A DNA stretch of 10,146 nt from Candidatus Latescibacterota bacterium (GCA_965205655.1 CBDBIJ010000082.1:1-10146); one strand, 5' to 3'. Counted from the first letter of the stretch, positions 1 through 7,918 are shown. Notes: a model not told the origin generated them from the sequence alone. Numbers and translations: made by a program.

Positions 1-1
1 G

Positions 2-1765
2 CTCGCCGATGACGGCGGTGAATCGGCCCTACCATTCACGGCGCGGCTAGCGGGTGATGCCACCATCGAACCCGGGCACACCGGCGAAATCGTCATCACA
101 TTCAACCCGAGCGCGCGTCAGCAGTATGCGGGCACACTCTCCATTCATGCGAACGACCCGGTGGCACCCATTCGCACCGTATCCATCAAAGGCACCGGCG
201 GCCGGGCGGAGCTAGTGTTCCCGTCGGTCTACGACCTCGGCGCTGTCCGAGTTGGCTCACGTAGGACAGATCAGTGGAAGCTGACGAACACGGGCGAGCT
301 GGACCTGGATATCCGCTATATCCTCACCGGCAATCGTCGCATCATCCTGACGCCGCGCCGGCTGCTCATCAAACCCGGCGAAACGCGCGCCGTCGAAGTG
401 GAGTTCAGTCCGGATGAGTTGCGGGTCTACGAAGGCGAGTTCCGATTGCTCACGAACGACCCGCGGACCCCCGATTGGAGGCTGGCTTTTCTCGGCAGAG
501 GCGTCAGCTCCCTGATAGAGCTGAGCGCGGTCTCTCACAGGTTCGAGCCCGCCGCCGTGGGGGAAGCGCGGCGATGGCAGCTGGAGATGACCAATTTCCA
601 ACCTCGGGTCCTGAGCGTTCTCAGGGCGACCACGAACAGCCGTCAGTTTCGGGTGGTCGACAGGCCGACCCGACTGGAGCCCGAGGAGACCGGGACATTC
701 GAAGTGGAGTACAGGCCGTCGCGCCAGGGGTCGTCGCGGGCGATCATGACCATCGAAACCGACCTCCAGAGCGCGAGGCGCATCGAGGTGGCTCTGAGTG
801 GCCGGGCGCGCTCGGCCTCGGCGGTGGCGATCTGGGCACCGCCAGGAGAGGGCCCGCGATCACTGTGGCCGGGGGAAATCGTCAGACTGCCGCTGCGCAT
901 CGAGGGTGCAGCTCGACTAAAGGGCGTCGCGCTTCAGCTCGCGGGTCCCTTCGAAGAGCTCGAATTCGCCGGCATGGAGTACCCGCCGGAGAGTCTGTTC
1001 GGTCAGCTGTGGACTCAGCCTCTGACGGTGTGGCAGGACGACGGCGCCGGAAAACTGCAGATCGGGATATCGCTCACCGGTCCGCAGGCCGCGACGGGCC
1101 TCAGCGGCAGTGGCCTCCTCGGGGTGCTGAAGCTGCGAATGCGCGGCCCCCTGCTGCGGGCATCTCACGTAGTCGCCATCGAGCAGGTGACGTTCAAGTC
1201 CGCCCTCGGAGGCGAGGATGCTCTCACGTTCCCGACTCCGGTCGCCGCAGCCGAGCTCGATCTGAGATTGAAGGGTGACTTCGACGGAGACGGTTTGCTC
1301 GGATTTCCCGACCTCTTCATGCTGGCGGACGCGGTCGGTGTCGCAGTGGCGGGCGAATTCGCCAGGTTCGACCTGAACGGGGACGGCCTGATCGGGAAAG
1401 CTGACGCGAATCTCCTCATGGAACACATGCCCAATTCCGCGGCCGCAAAGGCGTCGACTCTGACCGGGGCATTGTTCGAGCTCCCAGCGGAGCTGGCTGT
1501 GAGGCCGGCACATCCAAACCCGTTCAACTCCGAGACCACGCTCACTATCGAGCTACCGGCGCCGCAGTTCGTCGAGCTGGCGATCTACAATACGCTGGGC
1601 CAGCCCGTGCGCCACCTGGTTTCACAACCCATGCGAGCCGGCGTGCACACCGTCGTCTGGGACGGGACAAACGACGCCGGCCAGGAGTTGACGACGGGAA
1701 TCTACATTCACGCCCTCACGAATGGTTCGCACAGGGCAACGGGACGGGTGCTCCTGCTGAGGTAG
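2..1765 (+). CDS. 5'-truncated secreted multidomain protein: Ig-like (ASH/choice-of-anchor D-like) repeats, cohesin-like domain, dockerin-like double Ca-binding loop, C-terminal FlgD-Ig/T9SS type A sorting-like domain
   Basis: The frame is open from base 2 (LADDGGESALPF...NDPVAPIRTVSIKGTGG), so the GTG at 161 is not the true start. Three related units recur (IEPGHTGEIVITFNP / IKPGETRAVEVEFSP / LEPEETGTFEVEYRP, each followed by a G-x-G/A end). GDFDGDGLLGFPD...FDLNGDGLIGKAD is dockerin-like. The C-terminus PNPFNSET...IYNTLGQPVRHL...WDGTNDAGQELTTGIY is typical of FlgD-Ig/T9SS-CTD-like tails. Stop TAG at 1763-1765. Confidence 0.85.
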   Translation, partial: LADDGGESALPFTARLAGDATIEPGHTGEIVITFNPSARQQYAGTLSIHANDPVAPIRTVSIKGTGGRAELVFPSVYDLGAVRVGSRRTDQWKLTNTGELDLDIRYILTGNRRIILTPRRLLIKPGETRAVEVEFSPDELRVYEGEFRLLTNDPRTPDWRLAFLGRGVSSLIELSAVSHRFEPAAVGEARRWQLEMTNFQPRVLSVLRATTNSRQFRVVDRPTRLEPEETGTFEVEYRPSRQGSSRAIMTIETDLQSARRIEVALSGRARSASAVAIWAPPGEGPRSLWPGEIVRLPLRIEGAARLKGVALQLAGPFEELEFAGMEYPPESLFGQLWTQPLTVWQDDGAGKLQIGISLTGPQAATGLSGSGLLGVLKLRMRGPLLRASHVVAIEQVTFKSALGGEDALTFPTPVAAAELDLRLKGDFDGDGLLGFPDLFMLADAVGVAVAGEFARFDLNGDGLIGKADANLLMEHMPNSAAAKASTLTGALFELPAELAVRPAHPNPFNSETTLTIELPAPQFVELAIYNTLGQPVRHLVSQPMRAGVHTVVWDGTNDAGQELTTGIYIHALTNGSHRATGRVLLLR

Positions 1766-1786
1766 GTGCCGAGTTCAGCACGGCAC
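1766..1786 (+). terminator. GC-rich hairpin directly after the stop codon; possible weak terminator or RNA-stabilising stem
   Basis: GTGCCG (1766-1771), a 9-nt loop, then CGGCAC (1781-1786). There is no immediate U-tract, so it is not a canonical intrinsic terminator. Confidence 0.3.
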
Positions 1787-1797
1787 GAGCCGATTTC

Positions 1798-1826
1798 TTG
1801 ACCCTCGCACTTGCCGCCTCTACCTT
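1798..1826 (+). promoter_or_regulatory. Candidate sigma70-type promoter for the 1854-5177 gene cluster
   Basis: TTGACC (1798-1803), a 17-bp spacer, then TACCTT (1821-1826), ending 27 bp before the GTG at 1854. Confidence 0.5.
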
Positions 1827-1853
1827 GCGATCTCTCATAGCGAGCCCTTCCCC

Positions 1854-3074
1854 GTGGCAGAATCCCCCAAACGATTAACGCAAGTAGCGCGCCGGCGCGA
1901 CGTCGCCGCACTCCTCCTCATCACTGCCCTTCCGGTCATAACTGCGGGGCTTCTTCTCTTGTGCCAGTCCGCGACCATTCCATCCGATTCGGAGGACCTG
2001 GCGACCGGTGTCGTCCACCACTATGTGAACCTCATCGAGGGACCATGGGCAATACACGTCGTCGAGGTGAATCTGCCCCGGGCATGGCGCGACGGGATCA
2101 GACTGCGCGCGGCGCGGGCTCATTCGTCCGAGCCGAGCCTGGCAAAGACGAGCGTCCTCGCAGCCGAGGCGATTGCCGGGATCAACGGCGACCTGTGGTA
2201 TAGAGACACACCGGGGCGAACGCTCGGACTGCAGATCACCGAGGGACATCTCATCGAGGAGCCGCGCAAGCAGTCGGCCTTCGCCATCACTGACGACGGA
2301 AAACCACTGGTCGCCGTATTCACGACCGAGGCCGGACTGATCACGTCATCTGGTGAGACCCTGTCGATACCGGCGTTCAATCGGGCGCCGTCCAACGGCG
2401 GTCTGACCTACTACAACCGCTTCGCCAACGTCAAGCGGGACTCAATCAGGGCCGAATTCGGCTTTCACTTGGAGAGCCTGAGAAAGCAGTCTGTCATCAA
2501 CGACACCGTCGTCGCCCGGGTGCGCCAGGTGCGACGTCGAGTCTGGCCCTTAAGGCTGAGGGCGGGCGAGTGGCTGGTGGCGGCAGGCCGCAACTACCCA
2601 CAGGCGAGCTCGATCTCGGCCGGCGACACAGTGCAACTGTTCTGCCTCCTCCACCCCGCCTCGGAGAGCTTGCAAGAGGCGGTCGGGGGCGGTCCAAGGA
2701 TTATCAGGGACGGCCGTATTTCGATCGAGTACAAACAGGAGCACCTGGGGCGGGCGCCGGCGCTCGAACGGCACCCGCGATCGGCGGTGGGCTATTCGCG
2801 CGACAGAGAGACGTTATTCCTCGTCACCGTCGACGGTCGTCAACCCGGTTACAGCGTCGGCATGAGCCTGCGAGAGCTCGCAGACCTGATGGCGAACAAG
2901 CTGGCGGCGTTCACGACGTCGCGGAAGAGCGCTTACCAGGCGCTGAATCTCGACGGCGGCGGTTCGACGACGATGGTTGTGGGCCAGCAAGTCGTCAACA
3001 GACCCTCCGATCCGACGGGCGAGTCGCCGGTGGCGAACGCACTGCTCGTCGTTGCCACCGATCAACAGAGCTGA
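1854..3074 (+). CDS. Phosphodiester glycosidase family protein (NAGPA-like), exported or membrane-anchored
   Basis: Motifs AIAGINGD, GGGPRII, RHPRSAVG, LVTVDGRQPGYSVGMSL, ALNLDGGGSTTM and NRPSD...PVANAL. A basic then hydrophobic N-terminus (RRRDVAALLLITALPVITAGLLLLC) suggests export. The start codon is uncertain. Confidence 0.88.
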   Translation: MAESPKRLTQVARRRDVAALLLITALPVITAGLLLLCQSATIPSDSEDLATGVVHHYVNLIEGPWAIHVVEVNLPRAWRDGIRLRAARAHSSEPSLAKTSVLAAEAIAGINGDLWYRDTPGRTLGLQITEGHLIEEPRKQSAFAITDDGKPLVAVFTTEAGLITSSGETLSIPAFNRAPSNGGLTYYNRFANVKRDSIRAEFGFHLESLRKQSVINDTVVARVRQVRRRVWPLRLRAGEWLVAAGRNYPQASSISAGDTVQLFCLLHPASESLQEAVGGGPRIIRDGRISIEYKQEHLGRAPALERHPRSAVGYSRDRETLFLVTVDGRQPGYSVGMSLRELADLMANKLAAFTTSRKSAYQALNLDGGGSTTMVVGQQVVNRPSDPTGESPVANALLVVATDQQS

Positions 3075-4135
3075 TGCCGCGTTTCCAGGCAGAGGCGCTA
3101 CGCCAACTGGGCGTAGACCTGTTCACCAAAATCGACGTACCCGCCGACGAGGCCGAGCTGGTGGCCGGCCACATGGTCGAGTCGGGCCTGTACGGTCACG
3201 ATAGCCACAGCGTTCTGCGCTATCCCCAATACGTGGAACTGGTCCGGAAAGGCGACGTCATACCCGGCGCGCAGCTGGAGATCGTCACGGAAACAGACCG
3301 GGTGGCGCAGGTGAAGGGCAACTGGAATTTCGGGCCCGTGACCGCGGCGGCGGCGATGAAGATCGCCATGGCAAAGGCGCGCGACGGCGCGTTGGGTGTG
3401 GTCACAATAAAGGAGTGCAACCACGTCGCTCGTCTGGGCAGCTTTGCGAGAATGGCAGCCGACGAGACCATGATCGCCATGATGTGCTGCAACGGACACG
3501 GCGGCGATCACAGCACGGTTCCCTTCGGTGGCAGCCAACGTCGGCTGCCGACCAATCCGCTCGCTGTGGCGATACCGACGAGACGCGAGTGGCCGGTGCT
3601 GCTGGACATGACGACGAGCGCGATTTCGGGGGGCGCCATGCGGCTCTTTCGCAACAGAGGGGAGCCGGTTCCGGAAGACTGCATCATCGACAGCGATGGG
3701 AGCCCGACAACGGATGTGGAGGAGTACTACGGACCCCCGTCCGGAGCGCTGCTGCCGCTGGGCTTTCCCATGACAGGTCACAAGGGGTTCGGCCTGGCTT
3801 TCGTCATCGACATACTTGCCGGGGCTCTGTCGGGAGCCGGCTGCACGCGGGAGAGCCCGCCGCGCAGCGGCAACGCGCTGTTTATTGCGGTGCTCAACAT
3901 CGAGGCTTTCACGCCGCTTGCCGAATTCCTCGACGAGGTCGAGCGCTACATCGGATGGGTCAAGTCGTCACGGCTGGCCGACGGCTTCGACGAGATTCTG
4001 TTTCCCGGCGAGAAGTCGAATCGCACCTACCGGGAACGGGTCCGGGACGGGCTCTACGTCGACGAGACTGCCTGGAGGCAGATCTACGACCTCGCCGAGG
4101 AGTTGGAGGTAGCCGCGCCCGAGCCGGTCTCGTGA
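3074..4135 (+). CDS. Ldh_2 family (malate/L-lactate/sulfolactate dehydrogenase-like) NAD(P)-dependent oxidoreductase
   Basis: The ATG at 3074 overlaps the upstream TGA (TGATG). Motifs GHDSHSV, NHVARLG, TNPLAVAIP, LLDMTTS, HKGFGLA and ILFPGE. The ORF-track start at 2570 is an over-extension. Confidence 0.9.
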   Translation: MPRFQAEALRQLGVDLFTKIDVPADEAELVAGHMVESGLYGHDSHSVLRYPQYVELVRKGDVIPGAQLEIVTETDRVAQVKGNWNFGPVTAAAAMKIAMAKARDGALGVVTIKECNHVARLGSFARMAADETMIAMMCCNGHGGDHSTVPFGGSQRRLPTNPLAVAIPTRREWPVLLDMTTSAISGGAMRLFRNRGEPVPEDCIIDSDGSPTTDVEEYYGPPSGALLPLGFPMTGHKGFGLAFVIDILAGALSGAGCTRESPPRSGNALFIAVLNIEAFTPLAEFLDEVERYIGWVKSSRLADGFDEILFPGEKSNRTYRERVRDGLYVDETAWRQIYDLAEELEVAAPEPVS

Positions 4136-4155
4136 AGCAAGGGAGCACGCGGGCC

Positions 4156-4164
4156 AGGAGGAGG
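4156..4164 (+). promoter_or_regulatory. Shine-Dalgarno sequence of the Gfo/Idh/MocA gene
   Basis: AGGAGGAGG ends 5 nt before the ATG at 4170. Confidence 0.8.
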
Positions 4165-4169
4165 AAGAG

Positions 4170-5177
4170 ATGCTCAGAGTTGGTGTGATCGGACTGGGGG
4201 GAATCGGCAACACCCACGCCGATGTCTATCACCGAAGTGACCGCGCCGAGCTGGTGGCCGTCTGCGACGCACTCGAGGAACGCGCTCGTGACGCGGCAGC
4301 GAAATTCGACGTTCGCCCGTATGCCCGTGTCGAGGAGCTGCTGCAGCACGACGGTCTGGACGCCGTCAGCGTGGCGACGGCGGGTGCGGAGAACGGCGGC
4401 GACCACCATGAGCCGACGATGGCCGCCCTGGCGGCGGGCAAGCACGTGTTGTGTGAAAAGCCGATCTCGAACGAGATCGAGAAAGGTCGGCAGATGGTGA
4501 AAGCGGCGCGGGAGGCGGGTCTGTGCTTCGGGATCAATCTGAATCACCGGTTTGTGCCGCCGGCCGCGAGAGCGCGCCGATGGATCGACGAAGGGAAGCT
4601 CGGCGAACTGCTGCTCATCAACATGACCATGTGGATCGACAACCCGAACGAATCATCGGAATGGTTTCACCTGCGAGCGCTGCACCCGCATTCCATCGAC
4701 GTCATGAGGTTCTTCTGCGGCGACGTGCATCGGGTGCAGTCCTTTCTCAACCGGGCGCCGGAAAGAAAGTGCTGGTCGAACGCCCAGATCAACATGGAGT
4801 TCGACAGTGGTGTGGTCGGCCATTTGACCGGGAGTTACGATGCGGCGCCGCGGCACAATCTCGAACGCTGCGAGGTGATGGGAACGGAAGGTCGCCTGGT
4901 GCTCGACAACTGCTTCGAGGAGCTCACCTACTATCCGCGGCGGGGGGAGGAACTGATCGTGGTGCGCAACAGCATCATGGGGGGCGTTCAGGGGTTCGGC
5001 GATACCTTTGACACGCGCATCAACCGATGGATCGAGCAGCTCGACGAGGGAGCCTCACCTCAGGATATCGAGGCGTCGGGTGTGGAAGGCCTGGCTGCCC
5101 AGGAGACAATCGAGGCGTCGATCAAATCGTGGCAGGAGGGGCGTGTCGTGGAGGTGGAACGGGTGGTGTCGTCTTAG
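4170..5177 (+). CDS. Gfo/Idh/MocA family oxidoreductase
   Basis: Rossmann motif VGVIGLGGIG, HVLCEKP, and H-x-x-D (HSID). Strong RBS. The substrate cannot be assigned. Confidence 0.92.
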   Translation: MLRVGVIGLGGIGNTHADVYHRSDRAELVAVCDALEERARDAAAKFDVRPYARVEELLQHDGLDAVSVATAGAENGGDHHEPTMAALAAGKHVLCEKPISNEIEKGRQMVKAAREAGLCFGINLNHRFVPPAARARRWIDEGKLGELLLINMTMWIDNPNESSEWFHLRALHPHSIDVMRFFCGDVHRVQSFLNRAPERKCWSNAQINMEFDSGVVGHLTGSYDAAPRHNLERCEVMGTEGRLVLDNCFEELTYYPRRGEELIVVRNSIMGGVQGFGDTFDTRINRWIEQLDEGASPQDIEASGVEGLAAQETIEASIKSWQEGRVVEVERVVSS

Positions 5178-6014
5178 CTAAAGCTCGTACTCGGCACCTT
5201 CGCGAGCGGCCTCTACCGGAAAATCGCAGCTCGACCTGGAGCTGACGAGCGCGTCGATGTCGTCGTCGGTGCGATCGGGGTGGTGGTGGAACAGCACCAG
5301 ACGTCTGGCGCCGGCTCGCCGGGCGATTTCGACGGCGTCGCTGTCGCAGCCGTGTCCGCACCCTCGCCGGTCGGCGTACTCCGAGACCGTGTGATGGGCA
5401 TCGTGAATCAGTAGATCGGCCTGAGCGGCCAGCGCCAGCGCCGGCTCCCGATGACCCTCATCGAGGTACTCCACGTCTGGAATGTAGGCGACGGTAGACT
5501 CACCGTTCTCCAATCGGAACCCCAGACAAACGGTATCCGGTACGTGATTGACCATCCGAGTCGTCACGCGGGTGTCGGCGATGTCGAATTCGACCTCATC
5601 GATTTCCTGAATAGACAACAGGGCCCCGATTTTGTCGTCGAAGAAGTTGGGTACGGGACAGTAGTAGGAATCCATCTGCTCGAGCAAGAGATCCGCCAGC
5701 GAATCCGCGCTGCCGCCGTTGCCGTAAATCGAGAAGTGGTTTCCAGAAATCAACATTGGCAGACAGAACGGGATCCCCTGGATGTGGCCCCAGTGGGTGT
5801 GACTGAGGAGAATGTGGCCGTTGCCTTTGCCGCCCCCGAAGCCGTCGGCCATGAGCTCGTCGCCGAGCCAGTGGAGGCCGATACCGGCATCCAGGATCAG
5901 GAGCTCGCCATCGTCGGCTCTGACTTCGACACAGGGGGTGTTGCCGCCGTATCGCGAATTAGCGGCGTCGGGTGTAGCGACGGAGCCCCTCGTACCCCAC
6001 AACCTCAGGCGCAA
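5178..6014 (-). CDS. MBL-fold metallo-hydrolase (RNase Z/phosphodiesterase-like, WGxRGS/YGGNT subfamily) with a degenerate HxHxDH motif
   Basis: WGTRGS, YGGNTPCV, LDAGIG, SHTHWGHIQG and LFHHHP. TTG start with the RBS-like AGAAAGGA just upstream on the minus strand. Confidence 0.88.
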   Translation of the reverse strand: MRLRLWGTRGSVATPDAANSRYGGNTPCVEVRADDGELLILDAGIGLHWLGDELMADGFGGGKGNGHILLSHTHWGHIQGIPFCLPMLISGNHFSIYGNGGSADSLADLLLEQMDSYYCPVPNFFDDKIGALLSIQEIDEVEFDIADTRVTTRMVNHVPDTVCLGFRLENGESTVAYIPDVEYLDEGHREPALALAAQADLLIHDAHHTVSEYADRRGCGHGCDSDAVEIARRAGARRLVLFHHHPDRTDDDIDALVSSRSSCDFPVEAAREGAEYEL

Positions 6015-6026
6015 CGGATTCCTTTC

Positions 6027-6899
6027 TTACAGGGTGAGCTGCAGTCCCTCGCGGCAAGCGACGAGCTCGACTTTGCCATTCACCTCCCCTTTGTAGCGTT
6101 CCAGAATGGCATCGAGCTGATCGTCCTCTCGACCCGGTCGGTGGTGGAACAGCCCCACCCGCTTCGCCCCGGACTCCGCGGCGAGGCGGATGGCATCGTC
6201 CGGGGTGCTGTGACCCCAGTCGGGCAGGTACTCGTCAGGTAGGAAAAAGGTATCGCAAACGACGAGATCGGCTCTGTGACCCAGGTCACGTGCACCCTGC
6301 TGCAGCTCCTCGAGGCGGGCACGCCTTTCGTCGGCCGAGGAGACCGGCATCTCGTCGGCGAACTGGAGGTCTCCGTACAGATCCGTGTCGCATATGTAAG
6401 CGAACGTGCTGCCGTTCGATTCGAGCCGAAAACCCCCGGCGACGCCGGGATGGTTGAGGCGGCGACAGGTAACGCGGATTTCACCGACGGAGAATTCCAC
6501 CCCTTCGTCGTGCTCGACGAAGGTCACGTCCGCCTTGACGTCATCGAGTGATATTGGAAAGAACGGGCTGCGTTGCTGCTCGTGGACGATGTCGTGCAGA
6601 GAGCGCTTGTCGTGCACGATCGAGTGGATGGAGACCTGGGTGCCGTCGCGGTAGAGAGGATCGAAATGGGGGAGTCCCTGGATATGGTCCCAGTGGGTGT
6701 GGCTCAGGAGCAGCGCGATCTGAGTCTGGCCGCGCTCGACCATCGCCTTGCCCGCAGCCCGAATGCCGGTACCAGCGTCGATCAAGATGGATGAACCAGA
6801 AGCTTCGACCTCGACGCAGGGGGTGTTGCCGCCGTAGCGCACGTGGGCGGGCGCCGAAACGGGGAAAGAGCCGCGTACACCCCAAAAACTGACGTTCAT
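6027..6899 (-). CDS. MBL-fold metallo-hydrolase (same subfamily), intact metal-binding motif
   Basis: WGVRGS, YGGNTPCV, IDAGTG, SHTHWDHIQG, LNHPG, YICDT, WGHS and LFHHRP. ATG start with GAGG upstream. Confidence 0.92.
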   Translation of the reverse strand: MNVSFWGVRGSFPVSAPAHVRYGGNTPCVEVEASGSSILIDAGTGIRAAGKAMVERGQTQIALLLSHTHWDHIQGLPHFDPLYRDGTQVSIHSIVHDKRSLHDIVHEQQRSPFFPISLDDVKADVTFVEHDEGVEFSVGEIRVTCRRLNHPGVAGGFRLESNGSTFAYICDTDLYGDLQFADEMPVSSADERRARLEELQQGARDLGHRADLVVCDTFFLPDEYLPDWGHSTPDDAIRLAAESGAKRVGLFHHRPGREDDQLDAILERYKGEVNGKVELVACREGLQLTL

Positions 6900-6936
6900 C
6901 GGGAACCTCGGTGATCGGTGAGCATCGACAATAGGA

Positions 6937-6965
6937 AGAATAGCAAGGATCTCACTGTTTCACAA
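6937..6965 (-). promoter_or_regulatory. Candidate sigma70-type promoter (extended -10) for the MBL gene pair
   Basis: On the minus strand: TTGTGA (6965-6960), a 17-bp spacer, then TATTCT (6942-6937), preceded by TG-n (TGC TATTCT). Confidence 0.55.
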
Positions 6966-7029
6966 GGACTTGCTTCGCTCCAGGCGCGTCTGAAAGGGCG
7001 CTTCCGAAGGCGATCATCACGTCGATTTA

Positions 7030-7047
7030 ATCCGTACTACTACGGAT
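7030..7047. promoter_or_regulatory. Perfect 7-bp inverted repeat between divergent promoters; candidate operator
   Basis: ATCCGTA-ctac-TACGGAT, ending 11 bp before the lepB -35 element. Confidence 0.4.
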
Positions 7048-7058
7048 GCAATCGCGCG

Positions 7059-7087
7059 TTTACAATCGAAAACCGCTTGCTTATACT
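7059..7087 (+). promoter_or_regulatory. Near-consensus sigma70 promoter of lepB
   Basis: TTTACA (7059-7064), a 17-bp spacer, then TATACT (7082-7087). Both hexamers match 5/6 of consensus, within an AT-richer stretch. Confidence 0.7.
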
Positions 7088-7094
7088 GTCTTTG

Positions 7095-7874
7095 ATGCCG
7101 AAGACGACCAAACGATCCGTGAAATCACAGTCATCCGTGAAATCACAGTCAGGGGTTCCCGTCGCCACTCGGGTGGAGCGCAAGTCGGGCTTCCGCGAGT
7201 ACGGCGATTCCATCCTCATCGCGGTCGGTCTGGCACTCATCATTCGAAGCACGGTGGTGCAGGCCTTCTATATCCCCTCCGGCTCGATGGAGGACACGCT
7301 ATACGTCGGCGACTATCTCCTGGCGAACAAATTCGTCTACGGCGCACCGATAGAGCTACCGTGGATGGACTCCCCCCTGTTCAGACTACCGGCGCTGCGC
7401 GACCCGCGGCAGGACGATATCGTTATTTTCCGATCCAAGACCGAACCGAACAAGGACCTCATCAAGCGCTGTGTGGCGGTGCCAGGCCAGACCGTCCAGG
7501 TCGTAGAAAAGGTTCTCTACGTCGACGGTGTGCCGTTCGAAGATCCCCCTATGGCAAAGTACACGGATCCCGTTGTGCTCTCACCGTCGGGCCGGTCGCT
7601 GGACAACTATGGACCCATCGAGGTCGGAGAGGATCAGTTCTTCATGATGGGGGACAACAGGGACAACAGCAGGGACAGCCGCGTCTTCGGCACCGTACCC
7701 CGGGAGCTGATCAAGGGAAAGGCGATGATCCTCTACTGGTCCTCCACGCTCGTAAAGGGTCCACTCTACCGCGGCCTGCCCCAGTTCCTGATGGACATCG
7801 GCAATTTCTTCTGGAACCTCCCCACCTTACCGGGGCGCACGCGGTACAGCCGACTCGGCGACGTAATTCATTGA
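7095..7874 (+). CDS. lepB: Signal peptidase I
   Basis: A single TM segment (SILIAVGLALII), catalytic Ser box (PSGSMEDTL), catalytic Lys (DLIKRC) and box E (GDNRDNSRDSR). The ATG at 7095 is preferred to the GTG at 6918, which would run through both promoters. Confidence 0.93.
   Translation: MPKTTKRSVKSQSSVKSQSGVPVATRVERKSGFREYGDSILIAVGLALIIRSTVVQAFYIPSGSMEDTLYVGDYLLANKFVYGAPIELPWMDSPLFRLPALRDPRQDDIVIFRSKTEPNKDLIKRCVAVPGQTVQVVEKVLYVDGVPFEDPPMAKYTDPVVLSPSGRSLDNYGPIEVGEDQFFMMGDNRDNSRDSRVFGTVPRELIKGKAMILYWSSTLVKGPLYRGLPQFLMDIGNFFWNLPTLPGRTRYSRLGDVIH
7115..7151 (+). repeat. Perfect 18-bp tandem duplication within the lepB 5' end
   Basis: ATCCGTGAAATCACAGTC occurs at 7115-7132 and 7133-7150 (plus one extra A), in frame, encoding SVKSQS twice. 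Confidence 0.95.
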
Positions 7875-7918
7875 TTAGATGAGCTGATTGCCAGCGATTA
7901 GATGAACTGATTGGCAGC
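7873..7918 (+). repeat. 23-bp imperfect tandem repeat in the lepB-arc intergenic region
   Basis: GATTAGATGAGCTGATTGCCAGC (7873-7895) and GATTAGATGAACTGATTGGCAGC (7896-7918) share 21 of 23 bases. A partial third copy, GATCGGCAGC, lies at 7927-7936. Confidence 0.9.

Noticed and set aside
161..163. GTG 161 as the start of the first gene
   Set aside because: The frame is open to the window edge and the upstream translation continues an Ig-like repeat.
1890..1970. Lipoprotein signal (LLLLC) on the phosphodiester glycosidase
   Set aside because: The residue before Cys is Leu rather than the small Gly/Ala/Ser of a canonical lipobox. Kept only as a generic signal or TM segment.
2570..3073. N-terminal extension of the 521-aa ORF 2570..4135
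   Set aside because: It overlaps the NAGPA-like gene in another frame and is Arg/Gly-rich shadow sequence. Ldh_2 similarity begins at the ATG at 3074.
5451..6242. 263-aa plus-strand ORF
   Set aside because: Antisense shadow of the MBL genes with no recognisable motifs, as expected in GC-rich DNA.
6918..7094. Longer lepB start at GTG 6918
   Set aside because: It would span both divergent promoters and the palindrome, and it adds sequence with no signal peptidase features.
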